DNA of 64,000 nucleotides from assembly GCA_035651755.1 (NCBI GenBank), contig DASRFA010000056.1, positions 417,846-481,845 on the forward strand. Reading direction: 5' to 3'. This DNA comes from Candidatus Binatia bacterium (GTDB lineage Bacteria; Desulfobacterota; Binatia; UBA12015). Below the pieces are notes generated by a model that had not been told where the DNA came from, did not search any database, and was given only the letters and a program-made list of their open reading frames with translations. How positions within the stretch are numbered: position 1 is the stretch's first letter; each line of letters opens with the position of its first letter. Below are positions 26,545 through 36,871 of the stretch, piece after piece. A program made the position numbers and the translations under genes.

Positions 26545-28014
26545 TCACTGCACGTAGCCGAGCGTGCGCAGGCGATCGGCGACGTCGGCCGGCGGCTGCG
26601 TCGCACCCGTCGTCGCGGCGCTCGTCGCAGCGTCCGGCGCGACGGCCGAGCCGCCGCTCCTGACGGCCGCCAGGAACTCGGGCGCGGCGTCGCTCCGGCT
26701 CGCGAGGAGGGCGACGACCTCCGCGTCGTAGTCCTCGAGCGGCCGACGCTCGGGGCCTTCCGCGAGCATCGTGGGGTGGCGATCGCCGGGATCGCGCGCG
26801 GCGTCGAAGCTCATCCACTGGTCGTGCTTCTTCCAGAGGACGAGCGTGCGCGCCGCGTCGCGCACAGCGAGCGTCCGCCGCCACTCCTGGCCGGGGACGT
26901 ACATGCCGCTCAGGACCGGTCGCGGCGGAAGCGGCTCGCCGCGGAGCGCCGGCGCGAGGCTGCGGCCGTCGGCGTCCGGCATCGGCTCCACGCCCGCGAG
27001 CTCCGCGATCGTCGGGGCGACGTCGGCGAGCGACACCGGATCCGCGACGCGCCGCCCGCGGACGAAGCCGCTGCGCTCCGACCACACGACGAGCGGCACG
27101 TGCACCGACTCGTCGTACACGGTGCGGTGATGCGTCTTCCCGCCGTGCTCCATGAACTCCTCGCCGTGGTCCGACGTGACGACGACGAGAGTGTCGGACA
27201 AAGCTCCGGCGGCGCGCAAAGCGTCGAGCAGGTGCGCGATCGTGTCGTCGGTCGACCGCAGCTCGCCGTCGTAGAGCGCGAGCAGGTGCTGGAGGTCGCG
27301 CGGGTCCGGCTTCTCGGGAAAGCCGGCGCCGACGATGTTCCGGCCGTTCAGCGGCCCGGCGTAGAGCGGGTCGAACATCGACGCATAGGGCTCGGGCGGG
27401 ATGTAGTCGTAGTGCACGTCCCACATGTGGACGAAGGCGAAGAACGGCCGCGCCGAGCGGCCCTCGACCCAGACGCGGAACGCCTTCTCGACCGCCGCAT
27501 TCGTCCGGTCGGCGTGCGACTCGACGAGGCCTTTCATCTTGACGTCGGTCGCGTCGTAGTCGTGCGACATGCACGAGCGGTAGGCATCGAAGCCGCGGTC
27601 GAAGCCGTAGTACGGGTGGAGGAGAGGTCCGGAGTAGAAGCCGACCGTCTCGTAGCCGCGGCGCGCGAACGACTCCTGCAGGAGGTGCTCGCTGGGCGCG
27701 ATCGTGTCCTTCCAGCCGATCGTCCCGTGGTGGTGCGGGAGCCGTCCGGTGAGGAGCGTCACGTGCGACGGGAGCGTCCAGGCGGTCGCGCTGTAGGCGC
27801 GCTCGAAAACCACGCCCTCCCGCGCCAGGCGGTCGATCGCCGGCGTCACCGCGCGCGCGTTGCCGTAGGCGCCGACGCGATCGGCGCGCAGGCTGTCGAT
27901 CGAGATCAGGAGGACGTTCCGGGGTCCGGTCGAGCCGCCGCGATCGCACGCCGACGCGGCGAGCGTCGTCGCCGCGACCAGCAGCACGACGGCGAGCGAG
28001 CGATCCGGGTGCAC
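26545..28014 (-). CDS. sulfatase-like hydrolase/transferase (alkaline phosphatase superfamily), lipoprotein
   Basis: ISIDSLRADR, TSDHGE and the metal-binding H/D residues are present. A GTG start at 28012-28014 gives the signal peptide ...AATTLAASAC. Confidence 0.8.
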   Translation of the reverse strand: MHPDRSLAVVLLVAATTLAASACDRGGSTGPRNVLLISIDSLRADRVGAYGNARAVTPAIDRLAREGVVFERAYSATAWTLPSHVTLLTGRLPHHHGTIGWKDTIAPSEHLLQESFARRGYETVGFYSGPLLHPYYGFDRGFDAYRSCMSHDYDATDVKMKGLVESHADRTNAAVEKAFRVWVEGRSARPFFAFVHMWDVHYDYIPPEPYASMFDPLYAGPLNGRNIVGAGFPEKPDPRDLQHLLALYDGELRSTDDTIAHLLDALRAAGALSDTLVVVTSDHGEEFMEHGGKTHHRTVYDESVHVPLVVWSERSGFVRGRRVADPVSLADVAPTIAELAGVEPMPDADGRSLAPALRGEPLPPRPVLSGMYVPGQEWRRTLAVRDAARTLVLWKKHDQWMSFDAARDPGDRHPTMLAEGPERRPLEDYDAEVVALLASRSDAAPEFLAAVRSGGSAVAPDAATSAATTGATQPPADVADRLRTLGYVQ

Positions 28015-28058
28015 GACGTCGTGAATCGTAGAGCGCTCCCCGCTCCGGGCGCAACGGG

Positions 28059-28625
28059 TTGCCACGCCCAGCGCCGAGAGCGATCATCGGCGACGTGGCG
28101 ACGACGCTTCTCGACCCGACCGACGAGCGCGTCCCGCTCGCGCGGAAGAGCGCCCCGCGGCCGACCGAGCTGTCCGGCCGCGTCGCGTTGCTCGACATCG
28201 TGAAGCCGCGCGGCGACGTGTTCCTCGACCGGCTCGAGCAGCGCCTGCGCGAACGCGTCCCCGGGATCGAGGTCGCGCGCTATCGCAAGCCGACCTTCAC
28301 GAAGCCCGCGCCGGAGGACCTCCGCCTCGAGATCGCCCAGCACTGCAGCGCGGTCATCGAGGCGCTCGCCGATTGAGGGTCGTGCGTGTCGTGCAGTGTG
28401 CACGACTGCGTGGACCTCGAGGGGCGCGGCGTCCCGGCCGTGTTCGTCGCGTCGAGCACGTTCGTCGACGCGGCGGAGTCGCAGGCGCGCGCGCTCGGCT
28501 TCCCGGAGGTCGCGCGTGTGTTCGTCGCGCACCCGATCCAGGACGCGACCGACGACGAGATGCGCGCCAAGGCGGATGCGGCGGTCGAGGCGCTCGTCGC
28601 CGCGCTGACGCGACCGCGCGGCTGA
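28059..28625 (+). CDS. UGSC-family selenoprotein candidate (in-frame UGA=Sec at 28374-28376)
   Basis: Track ORFs 28059-28376 and 28386-28625 are in the same frame and separated only by TGA. Translation reads ..IEALAD-U-GSCVSCSVHDC... The motif U-G-S-C gives the family name. A hairpin 11 nt downstream fits a bacterial SECIS. Confidence 0.6.
28388..28406 (+). promoter_or_regulatory. SECIS-like hairpin downstream of the in-frame UGA
   Basis: GTCGTGCA-GTG-TGCACGAC is a perfect 8-bp stem. It starts 11 nt after the UGA and has G/U in the apical loop. Confidence 0.5.
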
Positions 28626-28710
28626 CCTTCCCACGGCGGCCGGCGCTCCGCGTCGCGTGCTCGCGTCCGAGCTCGCGTCTGTGCCACAACCGGGAGACGG
28701 AGGGCATGCC

Positions 28711-29907
28711 ATGAACGATCTCGCGACCGCGGCCACGCGGGGAATCGGCGTCGACGGGAACTGCGATCCGCGCTTCCGCAGGGTGCGCGAGGTGTTCGAG
28801 GAAGGGTTCCGATCGCGCGACGAGATCGGCGCGGCGGTCGCGGTGACGGTCGACGGCCGCCCCGTCGTCGACCTCTGGGGCGGACACGCCGACGTCGCGC
28901 GCACGCGTCCGTGGCAGCGCGACACGATCGTCAACGTCTACTCGACGACGAAGGGCATCGTCGCGATCTGCGCGATGCGCCTCGCCGACGAGGGTGAGCT
29001 CGACGTCGATGCGCCGGTCACGCGCTACTGGCCCGAGTTCGGCCAGGCGGGGAAGGAGGAGGTCCCGGTCCGGTGGCTGCTGTCGCACCGCGCCGGCCTG
29101 CCCGCCGTCAAGAGCCCCCTCCCGGGCGAGGCGCTCTACGACTGGGGCGCGATGACCGCCGCGCTCGCCGCGCAGGAGCCCTGGTGGACGCCCGGGACGC
29201 GGCACGGCTACCACGCGGTCACGTACGGATGGCTCGTCGGCGAGGTGATCCGCCGGATCGCCGGGAAGAGCCTCGGCGCCTACCTCCGGGACGAGATCGC
29301 ACGGCCGCTCGGCCTCGACCTCCATGTCGGGCTCCTCGACGACGAGCACGGCCGCTGCGCGGAGATGACGCCGATCCCGACCGAGCCCGCGCCCGAGGGC
29401 CGGAGCCTCGCCGACGTGATCCTCGCCGACCCGCAGGGCATGAGCGCTCTGTCGTTCATGAACCCGCCGTCGATGGCGCTCGGCGTGAACAACGCCGAGT
29501 GGCGGCGCGCGGAGATCCCGGGCGCGAACGGCCACGGGAGCGCGCGCTCGATCGCGCGCCTCTACGGCGCGCTCGCGTGCGGCGGCTCGCTCGACGGCGT
29601 GCGCATCATGAGGCCGGAGGCCGTGGTCCGCTGCCACGCCGAGCAGGCGTGGGGGACGGACGCGGTCCTCCAGATCCCGACCCGGATCGGCATGGGGTTC
29701 ATGCTGTCGCAGCAGGGCGTGACGGGCGGCGCCTTCGGGCCGGGGCCGCGCGCGTTCGGGCATCCCGGCGCGGGCGGCTCGGTCGGGTTCGCCGACCCGG
29801 ACGCGCGCATCGGGTTCTCGTACGTCATGAACCGCATGGGGCCGTACGTGCTGATGGACCCGCGCGCGACCGCGCTCATCGACGCCGTGTACGACTCCGT
29901 GAGCTGA
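28711..29907 (+). CDS. serine hydrolase, beta-lactamase/transpeptidase-like (class C-type fold)
   Basis: The SxxK motif is YSTTKG. A downstream YxN-like element and an HPGAGGS (KTG-like) region are present. The ATG at 28711 is preceded by GGGAGACGGAGGG. Confidence 0.8.
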   Translation: MNDLATAATRGIGVDGNCDPRFRRVREVFEEGFRSRDEIGAAVAVTVDGRPVVDLWGGHADVARTRPWQRDTIVNVYSTTKGIVAICAMRLADEGELDVDAPVTRYWPEFGQAGKEEVPVRWLLSHRAGLPAVKSPLPGEALYDWGAMTAALAAQEPWWTPGTRHGYHAVTYGWLVGEVIRRIAGKSLGAYLRDEIARPLGLDLHVGLLDDEHGRCAEMTPIPTEPAPEGRSLADVILADPQGMSALSFMNPPSMALGVNNAEWRRAEIPGANGHGSARSIARLYGALACGGSLDGVRIMRPEAVVRCHAEQAWGTDAVLQIPTRIGMGFMLSQQGVTGGAFGPGPRAFGHPGAGGSVGFADPDARIGFSYVMNRMGPYVLMDPRATALIDAVYDSVS

Positions 29908-30219
29908 GCGGGAATTTCACGAGAGGGATCGCTCCCCGCGCCGCGCACGGGGGATTTGCCCCAGCGCGACGCGCGCACCGTTTCTCACGATCGCGAATCC
30001 TTTTCTCGACGGCGTCCTAGCGCCGGTGAGCCGATCGCGCAACGACCTGCAGTGCGCTGCGGCGCCGCGGCCCGAGCGTGCAAGCCATTGCGCGTTCGCG
30101 CACGCCGCGCCCGTCGCCGCGATCGCTCCCGAGCGTGGCATCGCGATTGCGACCTTGCCCCATCGGCGCCGCGCGCGCCGCCTCTCGGCGGCGTGCCGCG
30201 GCCCACCAAGGGGCACACC

Positions 30220-33200
30220 ATGGACCTCCAGCTGCGTCCAGTCGTCGCCGCGACCCTGGTTCTCCTCGGACTCGGTACCGCGCCTGCGGGCGCGGCCGGT
30301 GGGCCGACCCTGGAGATCTCGACCCCGGAGGGCCGGACGACCCGGGCAATCGTCGAGGGAAGCGCCGTCGTCGTGAGCACCGGCGTCGACCCGCGGCGGG
30401 CGACCACCGTGCTTCCGCCGGCGGCGAGCGACGGCTCACCCGAGCTCGTGATCGTCGAGCTGCGCGGCGCGCCGCTCGTCCGACGGGTGCAGGCGCGAGC
30501 GACCCGCGCTCCGCAGTCGGCGCACGCGGCGATCGCGGCGGAGCACCGGAGGGTCGTGGACGAGATCGCCCGGCTCGACGGCGGCGCCGCCCGCGCGCGC
30601 GGGCTCGGCCCGGGACCGGTCCGCCGCGAGTACACGCTGCTGTTCAACGGCATCGCGGCGACGCTCGACGCCGCCGCGCAGGCCGCGCTCGCCGCTCACC
30701 CCGACGTGAGGGCGATCCGGCCCGATCGCGAGGTCAAGGCGGTCCTCGACACGAGCGTCCCGTTCGTGCGCGCGCCGGCGTTCTGGTCGCGCCACGGCGG
30801 CTACCGCGGTAGCGGACGGGTCATCGCCGTCGTCGACACCGGCATCGACTACACCCACGCCGACCTCGGCGCGTGCACCGCGGTCGGCGCCGGATGCAAG
30901 GTCGCGGGCGGATACGACTTCCAGAACGGCGACGACGATCCGCTCGACGACTACGGCCACGGGACGCACGTCGCCGCGATCGCGGCCGGCAACGGGTCGC
31001 TCCTCGGCGTCGCGCCCGACGCGACGCTGCTCGCGTACAAGGTGCTGGACGCGTACGGGAACGGCCTCGAGTCGACCGTGATCGCCGGGATCGAAGGGGC
31101 CGTCGACCCGAACGGCGACCTCGACACGAGCGATCACGTCGACGTCATCAACCTGAGCCTCGGCGGACCCGGCGGCCCGGACGATCCCGGCGCGCAGGCC
31201 GTCGACGGAGCGACCGCGGCCGGCGTGCTCGTCGTCGCGGCGGCCGGGAACAGCGGCGGCTACTACACGGTCGGCTCTCCCGGCGTGGCGCGAACGGCGC
31301 TCACCGTCGGCGCGATCAGCGAGGCGGGAGCCGCGGCGGCCTATTTCACGTCCGGCGGACCGACGGCAGACACGTTCGATCTGAAGCCCGAGATCTCGGC
31401 TCCGGGCGTGAACATCTGCGCCGCTCGCGCCGCCGGAACGGAGCTCGGCGCGACGTGCATCGACGCAACCCACGTCGTCCTCGACGGAACTTCGATGGCG
31501 ACGCCTCACGTGGCCGGCGCCGCGGCGCTCTTGCGCGGGGTCTTTCCCGCTCTGTCGCCCGCCGACGTCAAGTCGCTGCTCGCGCAGAACGGCCGTCCCT
31601 CGAACGACTCCGCGCTGCAGGTCGGAGCGTCCATCCTCGACGTGTCCGCCTCGGGCTCGGCCGAAACGGTCGTCGACCCGCAGACCCTGAGCTTCGGGCT
31701 CGACGACCTCCTGGTGCCGACGTGGGCCCCGACGCGGACCCTCACCGTGCGGAACGTGGGCGCGACGGCGCGCTCCTACACGATCGGCGCGACCGGACAC
31801 GCCTTCGGCCTTCCGGCCGGCGCGACCGTGACCTTCGATCCCGCGTCCTTCTCCCTCTCCCCCGGCCAGTCGCGGACGATCCAGGTCGCGCTCACCGTCG
31901 ACAACGCCGCGGTGCCGAACCAGACGACCGCGCCCAGTGCCTACGAGGCGATGATCGAGCTCCGGTCCACCGGCGAGACGCAGCGCGTGCCGATGATCTT
32001 CATCAAGTCGCCGCTCCTGCGCATCCAGACCGATCAGGTGGCGACGCTCGTCTACGCGCACGATCGCTCGAGCATCTACAACGCCTACGCCGTGGTGCCG
32101 GCCGGAACCACGGTGGACATGCTCGTCCCGGCGGGCACGTACGACGTCATCATGATGTTCAGCGCGAGCATTGCGGCGTACGTGGTGCACGAGGGGATCG
32201 TCGTGACCGATCGTCATGACGAGATCATGAGCTCCACCGAGGCGAGCCACACCGTGAGCCTCGCGGGCAAGAGCGAGGTCGGAAGCCCGCTCACCGAGTC
32301 GATTCGCGCGATCACGATCTACCACCGCGCCTCGGGCCTGGGCCTCGCGACGCTGAGCTCGGGCGCGGCGGTTCCGTTCGCGATCCCGATGAGCTCGATG
32401 AGCTCCGCGTACGACGTCGATCTCGCGCTCATGGCGCAGCCCGGCGACCGGACGTACCTCGTGAACGAAGGCCTGGCCGGCGTGTCGGAAAGCGCCGCTC
32501 TCGCGAACACGCCGTCCCAGCTCACGCACGGAGCGTTCCGCTACTACGCGAACCCGGGCGAGACGCCTTCGGGGACGATGGAGTTCCTCTCGGTGATGGT
32601 CGGCTCGACGTTCGGATTCGGGCTCGGCCCACCGCCCGTGAGCCCCGTCGACCGCGACTTCTGGGTGGCGCCGGCTCCGCGGCCGGGGGCCCGCATCTTC
32701 GTGCAGCCGGCGGTGCTGCTCACCGGGAACCCGGACACCTCCCACAACTGCCCGTGGTACCGCGGCGCGACCGCGAGCGGCGTGATCCAGGCCTTCAACG
32801 CGCTCGATCCGGACGATCCCGTCTACGAGACGTCGACCGGCGAGCTGCCGCTCGACCTCGGGCCGGCGTCGCTGTTCGTCAAGCTCGTCAGCACGAACGC
32901 GTGGCTGCAGGCGCGCAACGTGGCCGCGGCGTGGACGTGGACGTTCCATTCCCCGGGAGGCGACGGTCCCGAGGCCCCCGGCGGCACGATCGGCTACCGC
33001 CTGCTCGCGAACGACCACGTCGTCGCCTCCGGCGTGATGCCGCAGTCGGGCTTCGGCGGGCCGTTCCTGCCGTTCCTCTTCCCGCTCGCCGCACGTCCGT
33101 ACGTGCTCGAAACCGATCCGCTGCCCTACTGGATCGGGGGCGTGCGGGCGACGGCGCGGATCGCGGCCTCGTTCGACACTCGGAGCTACCCCGCGGACGT

Positions 33201-34893
33201 CGACCCGCCGTACCTCCGGCGTGTCGAGGTACGGAGCGCCGGAGCGCTCGCCGAGGTCGTCCCGGTCGGGATGGATCCGACGGTGCTCATCGAGGCGCAC
33301 GACGACGTCGACGCGACGGTCGCGCTCTCGCTCCAGGCGACCGCGGCCGGCGTCAAGACGCTCGTGCCGGTCGTGCCGATCGGACCCGGGGTCTACGAGG
33401 CGACGCTCACCGGCGCCTGCGACGACGGCGGTGCGGTCGACCTCCTCGTGAGCGCCGCCGACTCGTCGGGCAACCGGCTCGACGAGTGGCTCACGCCGGC
33501 ATTCGTCTGCCGCAGCGCAACCTGCGGCAACTGGATCATCGAGCCGGGCGAGGCGTGCGACGACGGCAACCAGGTCTCCGGAGACGGCTGCAACGCCGTC
33601 TGCTCGAGCACCGAGCGGTGCGGCGACGGCGTCCTCGACGCCGGCGAGGCATGCGACGACGGCAACACGACCGGCGGCGATTGCTGCTCCGCCACCTGCC
33701 GGCCCGAGCGCGCCGGGTCGGCGTGCGACGACGGCCTCTTCTGCGACGGCGCGGACGCTTGCGACTCCCTCGGCGCGTGCGCGCGCCACGGCGCGCCGCC
33801 GTGCGCGAGCGGGCCCGAGTGCGCGACCTCCTGCGACGAGTCGATCGACGCGTGCGGGCCCGCGCCCGCCGGCGAGTCCTGCAGCAGCGACGGCAACGGC
33901 TGCACGGCGGACGCCTGCGACGGCGTTGGGGCGTGCGCGCACGAGGCCCTCGACACCGGCCCGTGCGACGATGGCGTCTTCTGCAACGGCGCGGACGCCT
34001 GCGCGGCCGGCGCCTGCACGGTGCACGCTGGCGACCCGTGCGACGGCGGCGGCGAATGCGCGGACACGTGCCAGGAGGCGTCGGACGACTGCTTCTCGTA
34101 CGGCGGCACCGCGTGCACCGACGACGGCGAGATCTGCACGATCGACATCTGCAACGGGGCCGGCCTGTGCATCCACCCCGCCGCCCATGCGGGGCTCGTG
34201 TGCCGGTCCTCGTCCGATGCGTGCGACGTCGCCGAGGAGTGCGACGGCGTCCTCGCGACCTGCCCGCCCGACACGGGCCTCGCGGACAGCGACCGCGACG
34301 GGCTGTGCGACGGGCTCGACCCCTGCACGAACGTCGCGGGAGCGCGCGACTTCACGAGCCCGCCGGTCGCGCGCCTCAGGCTCGGGCGCATCTTCGCCGA
34401 CGCGACACCGGGAAACGACCTCCTCACCGTGTCCGGCACGTTCAATCTGCCGACCGGTACGTCGTTCTTCCGGCTCTTCCCGCTCGGCGGAATCGCACGC
34501 GTCGTGCTCGTGGACGGGCTGGGCGCGCCCGAGGCGGACGTCGTGCTGCCGAGTGGCTCCTATTCGAACGCGACCAAGCGCGGCTGGTCACAGTCGCGGA
34601 ACGCCAAGTCGTGGACCTATCGCGATCGCACCGGGACGCCGCCCGGCGGCATCCAGAAGCTCGTCGTGCGGACCGTCGGGCGCTCCGCGGACGTGCCGGG
34701 CGGACCGGCGAAGCTCACGCTGTCCGGCCGGAATGGGACCTACCCGTTCACCGACGCGAACTTGCCGGCGAACGTCGTGGTCACGCTCGGCAACCAGGCG
34801 GCGGCCGCGGCGGGGCGGTGCGCGGAGTCGGCGTTCCCCGCCGGCACTTGTGGCTTCAACGGCGCGCGGACGCAGGCGACGTGCATCCGTTGA
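30220..34893 (+). CDS. secreted subtilisin-like serine protease (S8) with large C-terminal extension containing Myxococcus cysteine-rich (DUF4215-like) repeats
   Basis: The signal peptide is MDLQLRPVVAATLVLLGLGTAPAGAA. The S8 triad is VAVVDTGIDYTHADL, HGTHVAAIAAG and GTSMATPHVAGAAALL. The C-terminal repeats are CGDG..D.GE.CDDGN...GD.C.A.C. Confidence 0.85.
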   Translation: MDLQLRPVVAATLVLLGLGTAPAGAAGGPTLEISTPEGRTTRAIVEGSAVVVSTGVDPRRATTVLPPAASDGSPELVIVELRGAPLVRRVQARATRAPQSAHAAIAAEHRRVVDEIARLDGGAARARGLGPGPVRREYTLLFNGIAATLDAAAQAALAAHPDVRAIRPDREVKAVLDTSVPFVRAPAFWSRHGGYRGSGRVIAVVDTGIDYTHADLGACTAVGAGCKVAGGYDFQNGDDDPLDDYGHGTHVAAIAAGNGSLLGVAPDATLLAYKVLDAYGNGLESTVIAGIEGAVDPNGDLDTSDHVDVINLSLGGPGGPDDPGAQAVDGATAAGVLVVAAAGNSGGYYTVGSPGVARTALTVGAISEAGAAAAYFTSGGPTADTFDLKPEISAPGVNICAARAAGTELGATCIDATHVVLDGTSMATPHVAGAAALLRGVFPALSPADVKSLLAQNGRPSNDSALQVGASILDVSASGSAETVVDPQTLSFGLDDLLVPTWAPTRTLTVRNVGATARSYTIGATGHAFGLPAGATVTFDPASFSLSPGQSRTIQVALTVDNAAVPNQTTAPSAYEAMIELRSTGETQRVPMIFIKSPLLRIQTDQVATLVYAHDRSSIYNAYAVVPAGTTVDMLVPAGTYDVIMMFSASIAAYVVHEGIVVTDRHDEIMSSTEASHTVSLAGKSEVGSPLTESIRAITIYHRASGLGLATLSSGAAVPFAIPMSSMSSAYDVDLALMAQPGDRTYLVNEGLAGVSESAALANTPSQLTHGAFRYYANPGETPSGTMEFLSVMVGSTFGFGLGPPPVSPVDRDFWVAPAPRPGARIFVQPAVLLTGNPDTSHNCPWYRGATASGVIQAFNALDPDDPVYETSTGELPLDLGPASLFVKLVSTNAWLQARNVAAAWTWTFHSPGGDGPEAPGGTIGYRLLANDHVVASGVMPQSGFGGPFLPFLFPLAARPYVLETDPLPYWIGGVRATARIAASFDTRSYPADVDPPYLRRVEVRSAGALAEVVPVGMDPTVLIEAHDDVDATVALSLQATAAGVKTLVPVVPIGPGVYEATLTGACDDGGAVDLLVSAADSSGNRLDEWLTPAFVCRSATCGNWIIEPGEACDDGNQVSGDGCNAVCSSTERCGDGVLDAGEACDDGNTTGGDCCSATCRPERAGSACDDGLFCDGADACDSLGACARHGAPPCASGPECATSCDESIDACGPAPAGESCSSDGNGCTADACDGVGACAHEALDTGPCDDGVFCNGADACAAGACTVHAGDPCDGGGECADTCQEASDDCFSYGGTACTDDGEICTIDICNGAGLCIHPAAHAGLVCRSSSDACDVAEECDGVLATCPPDTGLADSDRDGLCDGLDPCTNVAGARDFTSPPVARLRLGRIFADATPGNDLLTVSGTFNLPTGTSFFRLFPLGGIARVVLVDGLGAPEADVVLPSGSYSNATKRGWSQSRNAKSWTYRDRTGTPPGGIQKLVVRTVGRSADVPGGPAKLTLSGRNGTYPFTDANLPANVVVTLGNQAAAAAGRCAESAFPAGTCGFNGARTQATCIR

Positions 34894-34945
34894 TCGCGCG
34901 CGACGCGGGGAACCAGAGTGCAGCGCCGCCCGGCCGCCGCCTCGT

Positions 34946-35776
34946 CTACGGCGCGATCGTCGCGGCGGCGTTCGAGAGGACGACCGTGCCGCGCTCCTTC
35001 GTCTTCGCCTGCACGACGATCCGGGTCGGGCTCTCCTTCCACATCTCGGTCACGATGGTCTCGCCAGGATAGACCTCGCCCGAGAAGCGGACCTCGAAGT
35101 CCTTCATGCGCGTCGGGTCCGAGCCGCAGTACGTGTGGAGCACCGCGCGCCCGACGTGCCCGAACGTGCAGAGCCCGTGCAGGATCGGCTTCGAGTAGCC
35201 GCCGAGCGCCGCCATCTGCGGATCCGCGTGGAGCGGGTTCATGTCGCCCGAAAGGCGGTAGAGGAGCGCCTGCCACTCCTCGGTCGGCATCTCGACGACC
35301 GCGTCGGGCTTGCGGTCCGGCGGCACGTTCTTCGCGCCGGAGGGGCCGCGATCGCCGCCGAAGCCGCCCTCGCCGCGCGCGAAGGTCGTGAAGGTGTTCT
35401 TGAAGACGAGAGTTCCCTTCTCGTCGCGCGACTCGACGTCGACCACGACGACCGCGCCCTTGATCTTGTCGTAGACGGCGACGACCGTCGGCTGGTTCGT
35501 CACCTTGCCGCGCGTCGGGATCGGGCCGACGAGCTCGATGCGCTGCTCGCCGTGCACGACCATCATCGGGTTGACCTGCATGGCGGCGCCCATCGTGAAC
35601 ATCGCGCCGAACGCGGGGATGACCGCGAACGTCGGCAGGACCTTCAGGTCCTGCTCGTACGCGAACGGCAGCGACGTCTCGCCCACGCCGAGCGCATAGA
35701 GCATCACGTCCTTCTCGCCCCACTGGGCGGTGGACGATTCGAGCTTCTTCCCGACGATGGTCGTGTCGATCGGCAT
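34946..35776 (-). CDS. MaoC-family dehydratase (double hotdog fold)
   Basis: The internal ATG at 35774-35776 gives MPIDTTIVGKK. Hotdog motifs are present (GDMNPLHADP..LHGLCTFG). Confidence 0.75.
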   Translation of the reverse strand: MPIDTTIVGKKLESSTAQWGEKDVMLYALGVGETSLPFAYEQDLKVLPTFAVIPAFGAMFTMGAAMQVNPMMVVHGEQRIELVGPIPTRGKVTNQPTVVAVYDKIKGAVVVVDVESRDEKGTLVFKNTFTTFARGEGGFGGDRGPSGAKNVPPDRKPDAVVEMPTEEWQALLYRLSGDMNPLHADPQMAALGGYSKPILHGLCTFGHVGRAVLHTYCGSDPTRMKDFEVRFSGEVYPGETIVTEMWKESPTRIVVQAKTKERGTVVLSNAAATIAP

Positions 35777-35861
35777 CGCGTGGACCTCCGGAGCGGCTTT
35801 TCGGGTGACGCCCCGTTCTTGCCCTTTGCCGGCACCCGCGCAAGTCTGGGTCCCGAAGACC

Positions 35862-36743
35862 ATGGCGTACTCCGGCAACCTCGCGGTCCTGTCGGTCATC
35901 GGGCGCGATCAGAAGGGCGTCGTCGCGCGCGTCTCGACGTACCTCGCGGGTCTCTCGATCAACATCGAGGACATCGTGCAGCGGGTCGTCGAGGGGCTCT
36001 TCGTCATGACGATGAAGATCGACGTGAGCGAGATGACGTCGTCGCTCGACGAACTCGTGCTCGGTCTCAGGAAGATCGGCGAAGAGATCGGGATGGAGAC
36101 GTCGATCCGGCTCCTGTCGGATCGGCCGCGCCGGCGCGTCGCCATCCTCGTGAGCAAGGAGCCGCACTGCCTCGAGGACCTCGTCCGCGACCGCGACTCC
36201 GGCCTCGTCCCGGCCGAGTACGTCGCCGTGCTGTCGAACCACGAGGTGCTGGCCCCGGTCGCGGAGCGCCACGGCATCCCGTTCCGCTGGCACCCCTCCA
36301 AGGACGACAAGCCGGGTCATTTCAAATTCGTGCTCGACGCGCTGAACGCGCTCTCACCCGACCTCGTCGTGCTCGCGCGCTACATGCAGGTCTTGCCCCC
36401 CGAGATCGTCCAGCGCTTCGCGAACCGCATCATCAACATCCATCCCTCGCTGCTGCCCTATCACCCCGGCGCGAACGCGTACCGCCAGGCCTTCGAGGAA
36501 GGCGTCCGCGTGTCCGGCTGCACCGCGCACTTCGTGACCGAGCAGCTCGATCAGGGGCCGGTCATCCTGCAGGACGTCTTCCACATCCGGGTCGGCGAGG
36601 ACACGCTCGACCAAGTGAAGGAGCGCGGCATGGCGCTGGAGGGCGAGGTCCTGTCGCGCGCCGTACAGCTCTTCGTGACCGACCAGCTCGTCGTGAAGGA
36701 CAAGAAGGTCATCTTCCGACCGGGGATGGCGCCGCAGAGCTGA
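35862..36743 (+). CDS. purU: formyltetrahydrofolate deformylase
   Basis: An N-terminal ACT domain (LAVLSVIGRDQKGVVARVSTYLAG) is followed by a formyl-transferase domain (INIHPSLLPYHPGANAYRQAFEEGV..GCTAHFVTEQLDQGPVI). Confidence 0.85.
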   Translation: MAYSGNLAVLSVIGRDQKGVVARVSTYLAGLSINIEDIVQRVVEGLFVMTMKIDVSEMTSSLDELVLGLRKIGEEIGMETSIRLLSDRPRRRVAILVSKEPHCLEDLVRDRDSGLVPAEYVAVLSNHEVLAPVAERHGIPFRWHPSKDDKPGHFKFVLDALNALSPDLVVLARYMQVLPPEIVQRFANRIINIHPSLLPYHPGANAYRQAFEEGVRVSGCTAHFVTEQLDQGPVILQDVFHIRVGEDTLDQVKERGMALEGEVLSRAVQLFVTDQLVVKDKKVIFRPGMAPQS

Positions 36744-36871
36744 ACGCCGCGGTCGGGCGGCTGCGATGCGCGCATCGCGTCGCGTCGCGAGCGGTGCAAA
36801 CTCGCGATGGACTCTCGCACGCGGACGCTGATACGCCTCGATCCGCGGTCGAGCGAATCGAGGAGCGTACG

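Noticed and set aside
26186-28198. 670-aa minus-strand ORF overlapping the sulfatase gene in another frame
   Set aside because: The sulfatase frame (26545..28014) carries the DSLRADR and TSDHGE motifs. This frame is arginine-rich with no motifs.
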